From: Planctomycetota bacterium
Lineage (GTDB): Bacteria > Planctomycetota > SZUA-567 > H5-PLA8
Reading direction: 5' to 3'
Assembly: GCA_038227875.1 (NCBI GenBank)
Contig: JBBRPR010000035.1
Span: forward strand, 22,336 to 86,335
DNA length: 64,000 bases
Position 1 is the first letter of the stretch. Each line of letters begins with the position of its first letter. Position numbers and translations under genes: made by a program. Under the pieces are notes generated by a model. The model was not told the DNA's origin and ran no database searches. It worked only from the letters and a program-made list of their open reading frames with translations. Shown piece after piece: positions 1 through 9,538 of the stretch.

Positions 1-411
1 GATCAAGGAGAAGTCGCCCGCGCGCTCAACGATATGAAGGCGGATAACCCGGCGCTGACCGATGCCGCCAATGCCTCCAAGCAGGCGCAGGAGAATCTGG
101 GTGGCGACAAACCTCAGAGCGCACTGAAGGATCAGCAGCGGGTGCTTGACGCGATCAATTCCGAAATCAAGAGTGTCGCCAGCAAGATTGCCCAGCAGAG
201 CAAAAACGCGCCGAAGAAGGAAGGTCCGATGGGCCAGTTTGCCTACGACGCGGTGAAGACCATCGCCTCCGCCGACTGGACCGTCGCTCTTCCCGCCAAA
301 GATCGCGGCGACGTCGAGCAGGCCGTCAAAAACAAGATGCCACCCAAGTACGCCCGCCAGATCATGCTGTACTATGAGAACCTGGCCTGTGCGAAACCGG
401 AAGGCAACTAA
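1..411 (+). CDS. 3' end of a helical (DUF4175-like) protein truncated by the window edge; short paralogue of 25655..28462
   Basis: Frame 1 is open from base 1 (DQGEVARALNDMK...). C-terminus EGPMGQFAYD...W.VALP.KDR.DVEQA.KNKMP.KYA.QI.LYYENLA closely matches the end of the 935-aa ORF. Confidence 0.85.
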   Translation, partial: DQGEVARALNDMKADNPALTDAANASKQAQENLGGDKPQSALKDQQRVLDAINSEIKSVASKIAQQSKNAPKKEGPMGQFAYDAVKTIASADWTVALPAKDRGDVEQAVKNKMPPKYARQIMLYYENLACAKPEGN

Positions 412-603
412 ACGCGCGGAGCTGTGAGTCTGCGTGAGGACTTCGATGCTCCCGCATACTTAACGAGTCTACACAGCCGGTGCGAACTCAGAATTCGCCA
501 GATAGGGTTCCGCGCCTTCGCCATCACGTGGCGAGCGACGCGCCGTTGAGTCGCACGCTGCCGTCTCCGGACTGCATTCTCCAACTTACTTTCAATATCT
601 CCC

Positions 604-650
604 TCTCACCCCATTTACTGGGCGGCTTTCATTCTGATTGGGGTCCCAAT
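604..650 (+). pseudogene. Relic of a CHAT-domain C-terminus
   Basis: Frame 1 reads SHPIYWAAFILIG, the typical HPxxWAAFxLxG end motif of CHAT proteins. No start codon or rest of the gene is visible. Confidence 0.55.
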
Positions 651-805
651 TGGGACCGGCTACATACATTGTGATTCATATTTTAAAATTTTTGAACAGG
701 CGTTGAACTACGGTGGTCGACAAGGCTCGGGAACTTATATTAGGACTACTACCGTATTGCACGTTCAGCAGTGAGTCCGCCAGGTTTATTTCGAGGAGGT
801 GAAAG

Positions 806-1753
806 ATGGCAGAAATCGACAACCTTCGCTACACGAAGATGGCCCTCAATACGGGCTCGGGCGCCATGCCTGCGCTTGGATTTGGCACTTTGATTCCCGA
901 TCCGGTTGCAACCAAAATCGCGACCAAGGCGGCTCTGGAGGCGGGATTTCGCCAGCTCGACGCTTCTGAACGTTACCGCAATGAAAAGGAAGTCGGCGAA
1001 GCCATTCAGGACGTGTTCCAAGCGGGTAAGATAAAGCGCGAAGACGTGTTTATCGCCACGAAGCTCTGGAACAACAATCATCGCCCTGAACGCGTCAAAC
1101 CGGCCTTCGAGGCCAGCCTCAAAAAACTCCAGCTCGATTACGTTGATCTCTATCTCATCCACACCCCTTTTGCATTCCAGCCCGGAGACGAGCAGGACCC
1201 GCGCGATGCGAACGGCAAGGTGATCTATGATCAAGGCGTCACGTTGCTGGATACGTGGAGGGCGCTCGAGCGCCTGGTGGACGAGGGCAGGTGCAAGGCC
1301 ATCGGATTATCCGACGTGAGCCTGGAACAGACGAAGGCGATTTTCGATGCGGCCAGAATCAAGCCCGCGGTCGTTCACGTCGAGTCTCACCCATATCTGC
1401 CCCAGTGGGAGCTCTTGGATTACTGCAAAAAGAATCGCATCGTGTTCCAGGCTTTTGCGGCACTGGGACACAGTAGCGAGCCCAACGTGCTGGAAGACCC
1501 TGTCGTCACCTCCATCGCCCGGCGAGTCCACAAGACTCCCGCGCAAGTCTTGCTCGCGTGGGCCATTCAGCGCGGCACCGCACTGCTGACCACCTCCAAG
1601 ACTCCCAGCCGAATCAAGGAGAACGCGGACGTCTCCACCCTTCCTCAAGACGCCATCCGGGAGATCAGCGAAGGAATCACGACACGGGTCAGGTTTAATG
1701 CCGTGGTTGAGACCGGCATTCCCGGGTTCATTCCGCGGGAAAAGAAAGCTTGA
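806..1753 (+). CDS. Aldo/keto reductase
   Basis: MPALGFGT, D...Y.NEKEVG, REDVFIATKLWN, LDYVDLYLIH motifs. SD GAGGAGG upstream. Confidence 0.95.
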   Translation: MAEIDNLRYTKMALNTGSGAMPALGFGTLIPDPVATKIATKAALEAGFRQLDASERYRNEKEVGEAIQDVFQAGKIKREDVFIATKLWNNNHRPERVKPAFEASLKKLQLDYVDLYLIHTPFAFQPGDEQDPRDANGKVIYDQGVTLLDTWRALERLVDEGRCKAIGLSDVSLEQTKAIFDAARIKPAVVHVESHPYLPQWELLDYCKKNRIVFQAFAALGHSSEPNVLEDPVVTSIARRVHKTPAQVLLAWAIQRGTALLTTSKTPSRIKENADVSTLPQDAIREISEGITTRVRFNAVVETGIPGFIPREKKA

Positions 1754-2385
1754 AACGGCTGACCGCGAAGCGCCGATTTGTGGATCCAGTTTTGTCCACC
1801 CCGTGGAAGCCCACCAAGGCCCAGCTCCTGGCGGCGCACAATAAATTCGTTCCTGATCTCATCGCCAAAAACCTGATCGTGCTTTTCGCCGGCATTAACC
1901 CCGGTCTCTACACAGCGGCCATCGGCCGTCACTTCGGCCGACCCGGCAACCGCTTCTGGCCGGCCCTTTATGGAGCCGGCTTCACCCCCCGCCTCTTCTC
2001 GCCTTTTGAGAATGCTCGTCTCCTCGACCTCAAATTCGGCATCACGAACATCGTCGAACGCGCCACTGCCCGCGCCGATGAACTCACAGCCGACGAACTT
2101 CGCGCCGGCGCCCAGCGCCTCGAAGCCAAAGTCAAACGCTGGCGTCCCACCGTCGTCGCCTTCGTCGGGATCGGTCCCTACCGCATCGTCTCCGGCGTCA
2201 AAGACGCCCACGTCGGACTCCAACCAAATCTCTTTGGCGGCAGCCATGCCTGGGTTCTCCCTAACCCCAGTGGCCTCAACGCCCACTACCTGCCCGCCGC
2301 CCTCGCACAACTCTTCGGAGACCTACGCCGCTGGGCTATTGCCCAGCACCGGCACCGCCAAAGGCACCTAACTTCCCAGCCCTGA
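1750..2385 (+). CDS. mug: G/U mismatch-specific DNA glycosylase
   Basis: GINPG, HFGRPGNRFW, GITNIVER and LPNPSGLNAH motifs. Overlaps the AKR stop. Confidence 0.92.
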   Translation: MKRLTAKRRFVDPVLSTPWKPTKAQLLAAHNKFVPDLIAKNLIVLFAGINPGLYTAAIGRHFGRPGNRFWPALYGAGFTPRLFSPFENARLLDLKFGITNIVERATARADELTADELRAGAQRLEAKVKRWRPTVVAFVGIGPYRIVSGVKDAHVGLQPNLFGGSHAWVLPNPSGLNAHYLPAALAQLFGDLRRWAIAQHRHRQRHLTSQP

Positions 2386-2514
2386 CAAGGAAGCCAGCAT
2401 CGACCACCCTTCGTTCTCAACACGGGTAAAAATTGCTGTACTATTTGCAGTACTACGGTGTATTTCATCCATGTTCGACATATCGAACATGTGTTTCATG
2501 CTTCGGAGGTGACT

Positions 2515-5397
2515 GTGGCCCCTTTAAAATCCATCCTGCGCGGCATCCTGGCGGTTGTGGCAATCCTCACGGCGTCCCGACTGGCAGCCTCGGACTTGGA
2601 CGAGTTCAAAGTCAAACGTAAGGAAGTCTTCGAATTTACGAAGCGCCCGACGGTGGCCCGCGCTGCCGATACGCTCAAGATTTCGTTCGCGGTAAAAGAC
2701 TTCTGCGACGCCACGATCGCGATCGAAAGAGAAGACGGTACGATCGCCTGCCATCTCGCCAGCGGCGTGCTCGGAGCCAACGCGCCGGAACCGTTCCAGA
2801 AAAATAGCCTCTCCCAGACGGTCACGTGGGACGGCAAAAATGACCAGGGCGTACTGGTGATCAACAAGGCGGCGCACACGGTCCGCGTCTCGCTGGGTTT
2901 GAAGCCGGTCTTCGAAAAGAACCTCTACAATTCGCCCTACAAACGCATCTCACAGGCCGCGCCGCAAATCCAGGCCACAGAAGAAGGCGTCCTCGTTTAC
3001 GAAGGCATGGGCGTGGACTCGGTCAAATTGTTCGATCACGCCGGCAAGTACGTGCGCACGGTCTATCCCTTTCCCGCCAGCAAGCTCAACGATGTGAAGG
3101 GGATTGAGTGGCGCGATTTTCCGCAGGGCTTTCACCTGCCGTGGAAGCTGAGCATCTATCAGCAGACGCTGCTGACGTCCGGCGACAACGCCTGCTGGAC
3201 CGACGAAGGTGGGCGCACGGGGCGAGCAGCGACGGGCATGGCCGTGCGCGGAAACCGCATCGTCCTGGCCTACAAGAAGCTCAACCGCCTCAGCACCGAC
3301 GGCAGCACGGGCGGGATGGAACTCACCGGCGGGAAGGCCAGCGTGATGCTGGAAAAAATGAACACGCGATTTGGCCAGATCAATGCAGACACCGGGCCCA
3401 GCAGCGTGGCCATTTCCCCGGACATGAAAACGGTCTACATGGCCGGCTACTCCTACCGCTTTGCATCCAACTTTGATACGCAACATGGCGTCATGAGCAT
3501 GCCGCTGGAAGGCACGGAAGACGCGAAAGTATTCGCCGGTGCGTTTGGTCTCGTGGAAGGCAGCCGGGCCAAGGGCGAAGGAACCGAGCCGGGAAAATTC
3601 GGCAACGCCACGTCGGTGGATTGCGACGCGCAGGGTCGCGTTTACGTCTCGGACTTCATGAATCAACGCATCCAGATCTTCTCGCCCGACGGCAAGTACC
3701 TGAAGGAACTCAAGACCCCCAACCCCGCTCTGGTGCGGCTCAACCGCAAGAACGGCGAGATCTACGTCTTCAGCTGGACAATTCCATCCTGGATGTGGAG
3801 CGCCTCCTCCCCGCAGCCCGGCGAAATTGCCGTTACGCGCTACGGCGCGTTCGACGACCCCAAGCAGATCGCCCGCTACGTCATTCCCGGCGCTGACGGC
3901 AAGCCGATGCAGTACCGCTGCGACGGCGGCCTGTACCTCAACCTCCCGCATGCGTTGTACTTCTCCGGTGAAATCGATTCGTGGACCGACACGCCGACGA
4001 TCTGGTTTGGACGCGATTGCCGCAACGACCTCGAGTTGGGTCTGGCCGGCGGCAACGGTGCCCGCAGCACCGCCTGGGATCAATGCGGCATCAAGGTCTA
4101 CAAGGAAAAAGACGGCAAGCTCGAGATGGTCCGCGACTTCGGCAAGGATACGATGAAAGAAGCGTTCTTTGCCAAGCCTCCCAGCAACGCGGTGCAGCAT
4201 TGCTACGTCAATCCGGTCACGGGCCACTTGTTCCTGGCGGAAGCCGACAGCGCGCCGACCTGCAAAGCCAGCACACACTGGCTGGACATCGATCCGGAAA
4301 CCGGTGCGATTCAGGACGTCAAGCTGCCGTTCAATCCGGTTGACGCGGCCTTCGATCTCGATGGCAACGTGTACCTTCGCAACACCAATGTGATCGTGCG
4401 TTACGACCCAAAGACCTGGCGCGAAATCCCATGGGACTACGGCGAGGAACTCGAACATGTCGGTGCCGACGGCGGTATCGGCGGTCATGCCACCGCGGTC
4501 ACGTCGGGGCTGGTGCTCCCGTCGATGTCCCCCGTTTGCTACCATCAGGGCGGCATCTTCGTCTCGCCCAAAGGTTATGTCGTAGCCTCGTGCGCTTACC
4601 ACTACACGGGTCTCAGCCACGTGCCCGGCGAAACGACGATCGACGTGAAGTCCCTGTCCAATCTGGGCAAGCCGTACGTTCCCCATATGTTCCCCGGGCG
4701 CGCGGTGTCGTCGCTCACGCCCTGCATCCATGTCTGGGATAAGTTCGGCAAGCGCGTCTACGAGGACGCCGTGCCTGGCGTCGACCAGGTTGACGGCATC
4801 GCGATGGACCGCAACGACGCCTTGTACTTCATGCACAAACCCACCCGCATGCTGGACGGGAAGCCCTACATCAATTCCATGTCCGAAACGATGACCAAGG
4901 TGCTGCCCAAGAAGAGCACCGTGATCTCCGCCAGCAACGCCGCGATTCCATTGGATGCCGCAAGTACGCCCACCCGCAAACAGGACGGCACCGGCGTATG
5001 GATTGACAACGCGGAATGGTTCTACGGCGGAGTCGGTTTCGCGGGCTTCAACGCCAGCCAGGCCGGCGGCGGATGCGCGTGCTGGTTCTCGCGCTTCAGC
5101 CTGGATCTCTATGCGCGATCCTTCGTGCCGGAGCCGCAGCAGTTCGGCATCGCGGTGCTCGATTCCAGCGGCAATCTGATCCTGCGCATCGGCCGCTACG
5201 CCAATGTCGACAGCGCCGGTCCCCAGAGCCTTCAGCCGCTCGGCGGCGACGAAGTCGGTCTCTTTCACCCGCTCTACACCGGCACCTATTCCGACCGCCG
5301 GTTGTTCATCGCCGACTATGGCAACGGGCGACTGGTCAGCGTCAAACTGAACTATAACGTCGACGAAAAGCTCCCCGTGCCGGGGGCAGGCAAATAG
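2515..5397 (+). CDS. Large secreted hypothetical protein: FlgD-like Ig segment plus NHL/beta-propeller repeats
   Basis: Signal peptide after GTG 2515 (SD GGAGG). VTWDGKNDQG motif and NHL repeat VDCDAQGRVYVSDFMNQRIQIFSPDGKY. Confidence 0.75.
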   Translation: MAPLKSILRGILAVVAILTASRLAASDLDEFKVKRKEVFEFTKRPTVARAADTLKISFAVKDFCDATIAIEREDGTIACHLASGVLGANAPEPFQKNSLSQTVTWDGKNDQGVLVINKAAHTVRVSLGLKPVFEKNLYNSPYKRISQAAPQIQATEEGVLVYEGMGVDSVKLFDHAGKYVRTVYPFPASKLNDVKGIEWRDFPQGFHLPWKLSIYQQTLLTSGDNACWTDEGGRTGRAATGMAVRGNRIVLAYKKLNRLSTDGSTGGMELTGGKASVMLEKMNTRFGQINADTGPSSVAISPDMKTVYMAGYSYRFASNFDTQHGVMSMPLEGTEDAKVFAGAFGLVEGSRAKGEGTEPGKFGNATSVDCDAQGRVYVSDFMNQRIQIFSPDGKYLKELKTPNPALVRLNRKNGEIYVFSWTIPSWMWSASSPQPGEIAVTRYGAFDDPKQIARYVIPGADGKPMQYRCDGGLYLNLPHALYFSGEIDSWTDTPTIWFGRDCRNDLELGLAGGNGARSTAWDQCGIKVYKEKDGKLEMVRDFGKDTMKEAFFAKPPSNAVQHCYVNPVTGHLFLAEADSAPTCKASTHWLDIDPETGAIQDVKLPFNPVDAAFDLDGNVYLRNTNVIVRYDPKTWREIPWDYGEELEHVGADGGIGGHATAVTSGLVLPSMSPVCYHQGGIFVSPKGYVVASCAYHYTGLSHVPGETTIDVKSLSNLGKPYVPHMFPGRAVSSLTPCIHVWDKFGKRVYEDAVPGVDQVDGIAMDRNDALYFMHKPTRMLDGKPYINSMSETMTKVLPKKSTVISASNAAIPLDAASTPTRKQDGTGVWIDNAEWFYGGVGFAGFNASQAGGGCACWFSRFSLDLYARSFVPEPQQFGIAVLDSSGNLILRIGRYANVDSAGPQSLQPLGGDEVGLFHPLYTGTYSDRRLFIADYGNGRLVSVKLNYNVDEKLPVPGAGK

Positions 5398-5458
5398 TCG
5401 ACTTTTAAAGCAAAATGAGCCCTAAGCTGTCGCACGCGTCATTCGTCACACCATTACA

Positions 5459-6082
5459 ATGCGAATGGCGCTTTTCATCACACTTCTGTCGGTCAGCGCC
5501 CTGGCGTTCGCGGAAGAAACTCCGCCCGAGCCGCCCGATGCTGAATTAAGATCAAATGTTTTGCAGCTCATCGAGAAATTGGGGAACGACGAGTTCGAGT
5601 GCCGTGAACAGGCGCAAAAGGAACTGGCTGCATTGGGCCCGAAAGCGGCCCTGATCGTCGATAAACTCCCCGCCTCCGCAGATGCTGAAGTCAATTCAAG
5701 ACTCCAGCGGTTCCATCTTCAATGCCGGCTTTACGCGGCGAATTCCCTCCCCGAATTATTGACACTCAGGCAACTGTTCCTGACTGCCGAAAACACCGAG
5801 CTGGCGGATGCCGCGCTGAAGAAAGCCGAGACACTGGCCTCACCGCTCGAACTGGCCTCAGCGCTTTTTGAGCGGAGCATGACAGACCACAGAAAGGTAA
5901 AACCGGACATCACCTCGCGCTCAGCGACCATCGCGCTCATTCAGATCGAAACCGATTTGAACCTCTGCATCGATTACTACGACGCCCATTTGAAACTTCA
6001 TCCGGATGACAAGGACGCCGAAGATCGGATGACTGAAGCTGCCATGATAAATTACGCCTGCCGGAAATACTCGAGTCTCTAA
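5459..6082 (+). CDS. Secreted helical hypothetical protein (HEAT/TPR-like)
   Basis: Signal peptide; LIEKLGNDEFECREQAQKELAALG HEAT-like start. Confidence 0.7.
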   Translation: MRMALFITLLSVSALAFAEETPPEPPDAELRSNVLQLIEKLGNDEFECREQAQKELAALGPKAALIVDKLPASADAEVNSRLQRFHLQCRLYAANSLPELLTLRQLFLTAENTELADAALKKAETLASPLELASALFERSMTDHRKVKPDITSRSATIALIQIETDLNLCIDYYDAHLKLHPDDKDAEDRMTEAAMINYACRKYSSL

Positions 6083-6148
6083 CGTCATACTTGTCGTCTG
6101 GTGTTATCGCTCCGATCGTCCACACTTTGGACTTTTCGCGTGTGAGCC

Positions 6149-8761
6149 TTGAACTATGCTTCTCAAATGCCCTATCGCGTTCTTCATCCACTCTTTCGCC
6201 ACCTGAACATCATCCTCTGTCTTTCCGGCGCTGCCGCGACAGTTGTAGTGTCATGGCTGACCAACCCACATTCCGCGCCGTGGCTTGTGGATATTTATGT
6301 ATCCGTGATTTTATTGCTGGCAACGTTGAGGAATTTCAAAAAGTCGCCGCTTCATCGTTCGTTTGCGCTCTACCTCAGCGCCTTGATTTTGTATCTGATA
6401 AACGTCTGGATCCTCCACGTCTTGATCCCAGGCAGGCCGCCCGAAGCAATAAAGTCGCAGATCAATCCGTTGGTGAAAATTGTTGGCCTGGGCAGCGTCT
6501 ACATGGCCGTCGCACTCTATCATTTCACTCTGCGATTCGCGCAGGCGCGATCCGGGATTTTGCGCGTGATTGAATATTGCGGTTGGGCCGCAAATACCGT
6601 GTTCTATGCGCTGCTTCTTCACGGTTCGCTTATGGGAGACAATGTCTGGGCCGGCTTCACCTGGGTGCCGGTGATGAACTCCGCCTACAAAGCATTTTTC
6701 TATCTCACCACGATCTTCGTAACGTTGGGCATTGCCATTCCGCTATTCAGCGTCTTTACTGCCACGGATCGGCAGCGGAGACTTCAGCTCTTTTACTTTT
6801 TGCTGGGTGGTGCGCCGTTGTGGCTCTCGTGCTGGGGACATTTCCTGATCAGCCTGGGTATTAATATTTATCCAGCCGGCGGAGTTATTTTTCTGCTGCA
6901 CGCGCTGATCCTCTCTTATGCGGTGCTTAAACACCAGGTCTTCGACATCACCATTCTGATTCGCCGCGGTTTGGCATACGCCGCACTGTCACTTTTTATA
7001 GGAATTCTTTATGGAGGTTTGCTGCTGATCTTGTCCACCTGGACCGCGGCCTTTCATGCGAGCCTGATTTCCAGCGTCATCTTTGTATTTATGGTCGGGA
7101 TGATCTACGCCCCGCTTTTAAGTTATCTACAACGTCTGTTCGACCGACTGCTATTCAGACAAGCTTTCGACCGGCAGAAAATGATCGAACAATTTGCCCG
7201 TGAGTCGGCCGAATCCATTGATTTAAACTCACTCACCCATTCCCTCTGCACACTGATTGCGCAGAGTCTCGATCCCCGCGGCATTCGTGTTTTTATGGAC
7301 ACAGGCAACGACACCTGCGTTCAATTCTGTTCGTATAGCGACGGCAAATATTTTTCCTCCAATTGGCCCGAAGGTCCGCAGTTCCCTGAACGATTCACAC
7401 ACGATAAATTTACTCCCCAGGGCGCCTATCGAATTCACTTCTCTGCGCCGAAAACGGTTGGCCAATCACTTCAGCTCACGGAAGGTGACGATGCGCTGGT
7501 TGTTCCGATCACCCATCGCCAGCGCCAACTCGGCTACCTGATTCTTGAGCCCAAACGCGCCGACGATCCGTATTCCGACGACGATATTCGAATGGCGGAG
7601 ACGATCGCCGCACAGTCCGCTACCGCGCTTCAAAACGCCCGCTCCTTCGCCCAGATGGAAAATCTCCAGGACTTCACCCGCACCATGCTCCAGAGCCTGA
7701 CCACCGGCGTGCTCGTGGTTTCGTCCACTGGCGCGATCGAACAGTCCAACCAGGCGGCGTGCTCCATTTGCGCGCTGGACGCCTCATTTCCGGCGAATTT
7801 GAATGAACTCGAGAAGTCCCATCCGGAACTCGTCCGTGAAATTCGCGTCCTGCTTCAAGATGGAAAATCCTCCGACGATATCGAAGTGCGCACCGCCGGC
7901 AGTCGTCCGCGCAACCTGCTGCTCAGCTTCCGCCGCATGGGTCAGCGCGATGCCGACGCCCTGTTCCTGGTCGTGATTCACGACGTCACCAATTACAAGG
8001 AGTTGGAAGCCGAAGCCTTGCGCCGCGAAAGTCTGGCGCGCATCGGCGAAGCGACGGCCGGCATCAATCATGAAATCAAAAATCTGCTCCACCCCATCCG
8101 CCGGCAGATGGACCGCCTGGCGCGCGTGGACGTCAACGATTCCGCGGCTGTTAAGCACGAACTGGAACGCGCCAACTCCGTCATCCCCGGGCAGGTGCAG
8201 TCCCTCGAGCGGATGCTGCTCAACTTGAAAACACTCGGTCGGCCACTGGTGCTGCGCTGCGGTCCGGTCGATCTGGAGTCCATGGTCGCGGCCGTTTGGC
8301 AGGAAGTCCTGGCGACCGTGAGCCCCCGGGAGATCGCGTTTGCCACGCAGTTCTCCAACGAGGCCCGCGAAGTCATCGCCGACGGCGCGTGGCTGCGTCA
8401 TGTCCTGCATAATCTTCTGATGAACGCCGCGGAAGCGACGTCGGGAAGAACTCCCGCGCTCGTCTCCGTAAAATCCGAACGCGATGGACAGGTCTTCAAG
8501 CTCTCCATTTCCGACAATGGATCCGGCATCGACGACGCTTCCAAAGGGCGGCTCTTCGAACCGTTTTTTTCGACCAAGGGCGAAGCGGGAACGGGTCTGG
8601 GACTCTGCGTCTGCCGTCGCATTATTGAATCGCACGGCGGCCGGATTGTCATGCAATCCATCAACGGTCAGACGATCTTCAGTGTGATTCTTCCGGCGCA
8701 GCAGAAGCTCGCTGCCGGCGAAACCCATCAAAACGATCCGCGCCGTCTGGTGCTCAATTAA
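6149..8761 (+). CDS. Membrane sensor histidine kinase (multi-TM N-terminus, GAF, PAS-like, HisKA, HATPase)
   Basis: H-box INHEIKN, N-box NLLMNAAEA, G1 DNGSGI, F-box LFEPFFSTK, G2 GTGLGL. Confidence 0.92.
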   Translation: MNYASQMPYRVLHPLFRHLNIILCLSGAAATVVVSWLTNPHSAPWLVDIYVSVILLLATLRNFKKSPLHRSFALYLSALILYLINVWILHVLIPGRPPEAIKSQINPLVKIVGLGSVYMAVALYHFTLRFAQARSGILRVIEYCGWAANTVFYALLLHGSLMGDNVWAGFTWVPVMNSAYKAFFYLTTIFVTLGIAIPLFSVFTATDRQRRLQLFYFLLGGAPLWLSCWGHFLISLGINIYPAGGVIFLLHALILSYAVLKHQVFDITILIRRGLAYAALSLFIGILYGGLLLILSTWTAAFHASLISSVIFVFMVGMIYAPLLSYLQRLFDRLLFRQAFDRQKMIEQFARESAESIDLNSLTHSLCTLIAQSLDPRGIRVFMDTGNDTCVQFCSYSDGKYFSSNWPEGPQFPERFTHDKFTPQGAYRIHFSAPKTVGQSLQLTEGDDALVVPITHRQRQLGYLILEPKRADDPYSDDDIRMAETIAAQSATALQNARSFAQMENLQDFTRTMLQSLTTGVLVVSSTGAIEQSNQAACSICALDASFPANLNELEKSHPELVREIRVLLQDGKSSDDIEVRTAGSRPRNLLLSFRRMGQRDADALFLVVIHDVTNYKELEAEALRRESLARIGEATAGINHEIKNLLHPIRRQMDRLARVDVNDSAAVKHELERANSVIPGQVQSLERMLLNLKTLGRPLVLRCGPVDLESMVAAVWQEVLATVSPREIAFATQFSNEAREVIADGAWLRHVLHNLLMNAAEATSGRTPALVSVKSERDGQVFKLSISDNGSGIDDASKGRLFEPFFSTKGEAGTGLGLCVCRRIIESHGGRIVMQSINGQTIFSVILPAQQKLAAGETHQNDPRRLVLN

Positions 8762-8772
8762 TCTGCGGCGTT

Positions 8773-9384
8773 CTAGCGCTGAACCAGGTCATCTGGCATC
8801 GCTTTGATCGACGCTTCGATCTTGTTGTTTTCCACCTGGTCGAAAGTCGGTGCTCCCGTGAACGAGTACGTCGGCGACGCATCGATGCCGTTTTTGCGGT
8901 CGTAACCGTAGGACCAGGTGATCATTTTCACGTCCGCGTAGTCGCCGGCGCTCACGGCTAGAAATCGCACGATCACCGGAGTGCCGAAATCATCGACCAG
9001 CCGGCCATTTTTCAAATTGCTCTGCTTGCAGTGGAATTCGCACGTCGACTCCAGCACTTGCACAAATTCGCTGTTGTCTTCAGTTCCATTCGCCGGCTGC
9101 CCCATCGGCGCGCAGGGCGTCTGATAAAAATCGGCCGCCGTCACCCCATCGAATCCGTGCCCGCCGGGCTTGATGGGATAAGTGCCGCTTCTGAATTTAT
9201 ACTGATTCAACGCGATCGACATGCCGTCCAGCATGGCTTTGCTCGACACTTCCTGCGCATGCCGCTTGACCAACATCACGACCGGAACCAGGATTCCCAT
9301 AAGAACCAGGATGATTGCAATCACGATCAACAGCTCAATCAGCGTGAGCCCACGGCCGCGGACACTGCTTCGATGGAAGTTGAT
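8773..9384 (-). CDS. Prepilin-type N-terminal cleavage/methylation domain protein (start uncertain)
   Basis: RG|LTLIELLIVIAIILVLMGIL motif. SD AGGAGG (9398-9393) lies 8 nt before an in-frame ATC at 9384. Confidence 0.8.
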   Translation of the reverse strand: MNFHRSSVRGRGLTLIELLIVIAIILVLMGILVPVVMLVKRHAQEVSSKAMLDGMSIALNQYKFRSGTYPIKPGGHGFDGVTAADFYQTPCAPMGQPANGTEDNSEFVQVLESTCEFHCKQSNLKNGRLVDDFGTPVIVRFLAVSAGDYADVKMITWSYGYDRKNGIDASPTYSFTGAPTFDQVENNKIEASIKAMPDDLVQR

Positions 9385-9538
9385 AAGATATCCCTCCTCA
9401 AATAGGCACCTTGAGGTGGATTCCCACCCGCGAACTCGGACATAAATTTCATTAAGACAATATCTTCCTGAGCTACTTTCTACACCCGCCCTCCGTCCAC
9501 CTGTTCCACCTGCTCTCCACTCCACTGTTCTCGGCCGC

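Noticed and set aside
2950..5268. Long antisense ORFs (also 49580..51388, 31860..33449, 13634..15007)
   Set aside because: Stop-poor reverse frames typical of high-GC genes; no recognisable motifs.
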